Assembly (NCBI GenBank): GCA_047150005.1
Contig: AP038806.1
Coordinates: forward strand, 2,112,001-2,176,000
Direction: 5' to 3'
DNA from: Nitrospira sp.
GTDB lineage: Bacteria > Nitrospirota > Nitrospiria > Nitrospirales > Nitrospiraceae
DNA length: 64,000 nucleotides
Part shown: positions 59,572 through 64,000 of the stretch, in pieces
How the letters are laid out: the number at the start of each line of letters is the position of its first letter
Numbering within the stretch: the stretch's first letter is position 1
Made by a program: the position numbers and the translations under genes
The notes under the pieces: model-generated
What the model saw: the letters and a program-made list of their open reading frames with translations, nothing else
Databases searched by the model: none
What the model was told of the DNA's origin: nothing

Positions 59572-59670
59572 CATCGCGTCGCGGACCTCGCTGCGGCCGC
59601 GCTTGGGAAAACGGCCTGTCTTGGCCGGCAGGGCTGGGCGGGTGAGACCAGCGGCTTTTTTGAACATCCC
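59572..59670. repeat. Putative dispersed intergenic repeat downstream of cusA
   Basis: GC-rich imperfect palindromes (CGCGTCGCG, GCGGCCGC) ending GCGGCTTTTTTGAAC. Flanks partially resemble the in-frame insertion in cusA (57630-57725). Confidence 0.4.
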
Positions 59671-59794
59671 ACGTGCTCTTCTCATCGTCTCACTGCGGCA
59701 TGTGGAATTCTGAGTGCTTCGTTTTCCGGCGCATGCTAGGCTACAGGCGTTTTTGAGGCGGCCAAACATGTGCGAATCTAGAAGAGGTTCTCCC

Positions 59795-61213
59795 GTGACG
59801 TGTTCCGATCTCTTGCGGCGGAGGGTCCTCCGGCTCTGTGCGCTGATGCTGCTGGTGGGTGGAGGACCGGTCTGGGCCGGCAGTCGCCTGGTTGCCGTCA
59901 CCGGGGCTGCCGACCTCCAGCAGCAGATCAAGGACACGGCGGCCAAGGTCATTCCCGCCGTCGTCAGCATCGCTTCGACCGTCATGGTGAAGGACCAGGC
60001 GTTTACGGACGAGACCCTCCCGTTCGGCCTGTTCAAAGATCCTCCCGCGCGGCGACAATACGGGCAAGGCTCCGGCGTCATCGTGTCCCAGGACGGCTAC
60101 ATCATCACGAATCACCACGTCGTGGCCGATGCCGTGGACGTGGAGGTCGTGCTGGCCGACCGCCGCCAGTATAAGGGCAAGGTCGTCGCCACCGATCCGC
60201 GGACCGACGTCGCGGTCGTGAAGATTCAGGCGACGAATCTGCCGACGGTCCCCTGGGGCGATTCGGGTCGCCTGGCGGTCGGCGATTTCGTGTTGGCCAT
60301 CGGCAACCCGCTCGGGTTGAGCCGCACGGCCACCTTCGGCATCGTCAGCGCGGTGGGACGAGCCGACGTGGGCGTGGCCGACTTCGAAGACTTCATTCAA
60401 ACGGACGCTCCGATCAACCCCGGAAACTCCGGCGGTGCGCTGGTGAACATCCACGGAGAGCTGATCGGCATCAACACGGCCATCGCCAGTCCCACCGGAG
60501 GCAGCGTGGGGGTGGGATTCGCCATTCCCAGCAACATGGCCCGGGCTGCGATGCAGAGCCTGATCAAGACCGGTCGGGTCGTGCGCGGATTTCTCGGCGC
60601 GTCGACCCAGGACGTCTCGCCGACGTTGGGGAAAATTTTCCACTTGCCCGACGTCAAGGGGGCCATCGTCACGGATTTGCAGGCCAAGGGATCGGCGGAG
60701 AAAGCCGGCTTGAAGCGCGGGGACGTCATCGGGCGCTTCGACGGTCGTGACGTGATGGACAGCGGGCATCTGCGCAATCTGGTAGCCGCCGCCGCCATCG
60801 GCAGCAAACATCGGCTCGACGTGATCCGCGACGGCAAACCGGTACAGATGGAGTTGATCGTCCAGGAGGCACCGAAGGAACGCACGAAGCGCAGTCAATC
60901 GACCGTGACCGAAGCGGCCGCCTCTCAACATCCGCTGTCGGGCGTGGTCTTCGACGATGTGACGCCTCCGCTAGCCCGACAGATGGATTTGCCCGTCAAC
61001 AGCGGAGTGGTCGTGACCGACATTGAAGAGGGCAGCCTGGCGGAATCGTCCGGTCTGCAGCCCGGCGACGTGATTCTTGAACTGAACCGCCAGCCGATTC
61101 CCAACTTTGCCACGTTCCAGCGATTGGCGGATCCCATGAAGCCGACCGATCTGGCTCTCCTGCTGGTCAACCGGCAGGGGACGGTACTCTACATTCCCGT
61201 CCGCAGCGAGTAG
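59795..61213 (+). CDS. HtrA/DegP (Do-family) serine protease with two PDZ domains (start 59768 or 59795)
   Basis: GSGVIV, TNHHV, TDVAV, QTDAPINPGNSGG and two PDZ domains. Confidence 0.93.
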   Translation: MTCSDLLRRRVLRLCALMLLVGGGPVWAGSRLVAVTGAADLQQQIKDTAAKVIPAVVSIASTVMVKDQAFTDETLPFGLFKDPPARRQYGQGSGVIVSQDGYIITNHHVVADAVDVEVVLADRRQYKGKVVATDPRTDVAVVKIQATNLPTVPWGDSGRLAVGDFVLAIGNPLGLSRTATFGIVSAVGRADVGVADFEDFIQTDAPINPGNSGGALVNIHGELIGINTAIASPTGGSVGVGFAIPSNMARAAMQSLIKTGRVVRGFLGASTQDVSPTLGKIFHLPDVKGAIVTDLQAKGSAEKAGLKRGDVIGRFDGRDVMDSGHLRNLVAAAAIGSKHRLDVIRDGKPVQMELIVQEAPKERTKRSQSTVTEAAASQHPLSGVVFDDVTPPLARQMDLPVNSGVVVTDIEEGSLAESSGLQPGDVILELNRQPIPNFATFQRLADPMKPTDLALLLVNRQGTVLYIPVRSE

Positions 61214-61240
61214 TGAAACGACCGTGAGGCGTGCGTTGGC

Positions 61241-62365
61241 TTAGGCAGGGAGCAGTTTCAGATCCAGCGCGCGCTCGACCAGCCACAGCAGAGCCAGCAT
61301 GATCACCGCGACGGAACCGGCTCGAACGATGATCACTTGGTAATACGAACCCCGGCGAACACCGTAAGCCAAGGGAAGAAAGATCGCCACGATCGCAAGT
61401 TGGCCGATCTCGACGCCGAGGTTGAAGCTGACGAGACTCAGCAGCAGGGAACCCTGCGGCAATCCCAAATCAGAGAGGACACCGGCAAATCCAAATCCGT
61501 GGATAAGACCGAACGCGAAGGCGACAAGCCAGCGTCGTTGGGCGATCCCCGGATAGAGATTCGCGACCCCGGCGAGGATCACCGAGGCCGCAATCGCCGA
61601 TTCGACCAGGCGGGAGGGCAATTGAACGATCCCCAGCGTGGCGAGGCTCAAGGTCAAGGAGTGGGCGACGGTAAAGGCCGTCACGATGGCGACCACCTCG
61701 CCGACTGCGGAGGAAAACTCTTCAACCGCTTGCCAGCGGCGATCGACTCGTACCAGCACCGCCGGCAGCAGCAGCGCAAGCAAGAACAGCACGTGATCAA
61801 AACCCAGCCAGATGTGCCAGATCCCTTCGCGCAGATACTGTTGAACCTGCTGCCAAACCGAGGCCTCTCCCGTCGTCAACAAATGAGCGGGGAATTCTTG
61901 ACTGAATATCGCCGTCCGGGTCTGTCCTCCCTGTGTCAGGCGAAGCAGCCCTCTGTGCTGGGCATCCAGGTCGAAGAGGAGGCGGTAGTCGATCACCAGT
62001 CGGTTGATTTCCGCCGGACACATGGCGGTGAATCGAAGCACCGCGTAGGCGCCGTCCGTATGGCGGTCGATGAGGTGATCCGTAACGGCGGTCCGGCAGG
62101 CGGCTCCCTGGGACTGCAGCCGCAGGCGGGAGAGGGCGTAGGCAGCGATGTCACGATGTTTGGCCTGCACCTCCCCCCACGTGATGGTCCCGTCGTCATC
62201 GGCATCCAATCCGATCGCGTCGTTCAAGTCTCGCAACGCGATATCCCACTGGCCGTGGATACGATCGCCCTGGACGGTCAATGCCAGATAACTGTCGCTG
62301 GGTTTATGGGCCCAGGCAGGCTGGTTCAGCAGGACAAGCGTGACGGCAAGGACCAGACGTCTCAT
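61241..62365 (-). CDS. HupE/UreJ-family protein with N-terminal periplasmic domain
   Basis: AWA|H, GIWHIWLGFDHVLFL, FTVAHSLTL, FGLIHGFGFA, FNLGVEIGQ. Confidence 0.88.
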   Translation of the reverse strand: MRRLVLAVTLVLLNQPAWAHKPSDSYLALTVQGDRIHGQWDIALRDLNDAIGLDADDDGTITWGEVQAKHRDIAAYALSRLRLQSQGAACRTAVTDHLIDRHTDGAYAVLRFTAMCPAEINRLVIDYRLLFDLDAQHRGLLRLTQGGQTRTAIFSQEFPAHLLTTGEASVWQQVQQYLREGIWHIWLGFDHVLFLLALLLPAVLVRVDRRWQAVEEFSSAVGEVVAIVTAFTVAHSLTLSLATLGIVQLPSRLVESAIAASVILAGVANLYPGIAQRRWLVAFAFGLIHGFGFAGVLSDLGLPQGSLLLSLVSFNLGVEIGQLAIVAIFLPLAYGVRRGSYYQVIIVRAGSVAVIMLALLWLVERALDLKLLPA

Positions 62366-63555
62366 TCGGTGTGTTCCTCGAACCACTTCGCCAGCTGTTG
62401 GAGGCGCAGGTCTTGAACATTGTTGACGCGTAGCCAGTCGAGCACCGGCTTGGCCGCCTCATGGTTGCCGACTGCCCGCGCGCTTTCGAGGAGAATTCTG
62501 GCGTCGGCCGGTTCTCGCTGAACGCTCCAATTGGCTCGAGCCAATCGGAGCGCCTCTTGCGGATCTCGCAGCAAGGCCAACGTGAACCGCGCTTCCTCCC
62601 GCACATGCACGTTCGTGCCCCGCGCTCGGCCTGCGGCAAATCTGGCGGCCAACGAGGCGACGCGGTCTCGCGATGTCCTCAAGTCGAGCGCCTCTTCGGC
62701 CAGCGCGAGCCTCAAGAGCAATCCGTCGGCTCTCGTCTCGTGCTGGAGCAGCGTGATGACCTCTCGATGGCGGCCTTGATCCAAGAGGAAATCCGCGTAG
62801 GCAGCTAAGAGGTACTGATCTTTCACGCCGGTCTTCACGGCTTCTGAAAAATACTGCTCGCCTGTTGTGCCATCGCCGGTGCGCGTGGCAATTTCCGCAA
62901 GGACGGTCGAGATCCAGATCCGTTCACGGTCCGAGATCGTCGCATCGTTGAGGAGCCCGCTGAGGAGTTCTTGGCTCTTTGCCGCTTGGCCGGTCAGACC
63001 GGCGATGTCGCTGAGGCAGACGAGGAGCACATGGCGAGGAGCCAGCCGTCCCAGCGGCTGGCACGCTCGGCGCGCGTCGTCGTAGCGGGCCTGCACTTGA
63101 AGAATCGCAGCTTTGGTCAGCCAAGCCTGCGCGTTGGTCGGCTGCGCAGCCAGCACCTGGGCGAGATCGGCGAGGGCCCGGTCGAATTCATGGCCGTTCT
63201 GTCTGATGGTCGCTCGCAGGAGGAGCGCCGCAGGCGGAGGCATCGGTTCGTTCCACCATGGGGTCAGGACCGCCTGAGCCTGTCCTAGGAAACGTGGATC
63301 ACCTGCCGATCGACCCCGTTCGATGTAGCGAGCGGCCAATTGCACGGCCAAATCAAGGTTGCGCGGGTCTGCTGCCAGGCTGTTCCGCAGCGCCCTGATC
63401 TCTCGCGCAACCGGATCGGTCGCCTTGAAACTGAGCCGTTCGAGGACTTGTGCGTCGTGTTCAGGACGATAGGGTTCAGCTGTCGTTTCAGCACTGTGGC
63501 TCAGCGTGAGCCAAGCGAGCAGCGTCAAGACCGCGATGCAGCGCGACCGGTTCAT
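62362..63555 (-). CDS. Exported TPR-like protein
   Basis: Signal peptide, helical repeats, ATGA overlaps with both neighbours. Confidence 0.75.
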   Translation of the reverse strand: MNRSRCIAVLTLLAWLTLSHSAETTAEPYRPEHDAQVLERLSFKATDPVAREIRALRNSLAADPRNLDLAVQLAARYIERGRSAGDPRFLGQAQAVLTPWWNEPMPPPAALLLRATIRQNGHEFDRALADLAQVLAAQPTNAQAWLTKAAILQVQARYDDARRACQPLGRLAPRHVLLVCLSDIAGLTGQAAKSQELLSGLLNDATISDRERIWISTVLAEIATRTGDGTTGEQYFSEAVKTGVKDQYLLAAYADFLLDQGRHREVITLLQHETRADGLLLRLALAEEALDLRTSRDRVASLAARFAAGRARGTNVHVREEARFTLALLRDPQEALRLARANWSVQREPADARILLESARAVGNHEAAKPVLDWLRVNNVQDLRLQQLAKWFEEHTE

Positions 63556-64000
63556 GAGTCTGAGTATCGAGAATAGGTGATCGGAATGCGCATGACGATC
63601 TGCTGACGATCCAAGGGACGATCGAGTCGCAAGGGAAAGGCCCGTTGCACGAGCGCCAACGCCTCCTGGTCGATGCGATCGAGGCCGGAACTCTTGACCA
63701 CCTCGGCTTCCACGAGCATGCCCTCGTTCGACACCACGGCTTTGACCAAGACCTTAAGGGGACGCGACTGATCGAGCGAGGGTCGTGATGACCGTTTGAT
63801 CTCCTCCAAGCGCTGGAAGATCGCTCGCTGAAGCCAGCCGTAGTCTGCGCGCGCGGCTGAAGCCGTGTCGGTCTGAGCAGGCGTGGAGGCTGTTCGTTGC
63901 CTTGTTGGAGCGGCTTCTGTGGACGGAGCGCTGGAATTGTCGGAGCCCGCTGCAACTGCCGTCGGCGCCGGCTGGTCTTGCAGCGGCGCGGCGGCTGCCG
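63552..64000 (-). CDS. TonB-family protein, C-terminal part (5' end beyond window)
   Basis: Upstream of the track's start the frame reads ADYGWLQRAIFQRLEEIKR, then KSSG...ID.EAL. Parallels tonB at 33383. Confidence 0.78.
   Translation of the reverse strand, partial: AAAAPLQDQPAPTAVAAGSDNSSAPSTEAAPTRQRTASTPAQTDTASAARADYGWLQRAIFQRLEEIKRSSRPSLDQSRPLKVLVKAVVSNEGMLVEAEVVKSSGLDRIDQEALALVQRAFPLRLDRPLDRQQIVMRIPITYSRYSDS

Overview
GC-rich bacterial chromosomal window. Gene content and intergenic repeats suggest a Nitrospira-like organism (inference, not a database result). The left half (1-31 kb) is mostly housekeeping: a convergent LuxI/LuxR quorum-sensing pair with a divergent FadL-type channel, uvrC, dapF, several small enzymes and membrane proteins, a complete single-M complex I operon (nuoA,B,CD,E-N) preceded by an NDUFAF7/MidA-type methyltransferase, and secA. 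The right half (31-64 kb) is a large periplasmic metal-handling island. It holds two paralogous Cys-motif outer-membrane barrels, TonB, a TonB-dependent receptor, a BNR/CxCC protein, three TlpA thioredoxins (one with an amber stop), a His-rich beta-propeller lipoprotein, two atypical HMA proteins, three HTH_17 genes (one truncated), DsbA, a CorE-like Cys-rich ECF sigma, a Cu(I) P1B-ATPase, CusCBA, DegP and a HupE/TPR/TonB cluster. The most striking feature is five ~100-130 aa ORFs sharing a TM/signal segment, a His tract, a C-x3-C motif (mostly CxWxC) and a C-terminal RAPP/RGPP motif, plus a sixth with an RPP variant. Each lies directly upstream of a different metal uptake, binding or efflux gene, and several are followed by visible SD-sequestering hairpins. 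This suggests a multi-checkpoint ribosome-stalling system for metal sensing. No rRNA, tRNA, CRISPR array, integrase or transposase was recognised.
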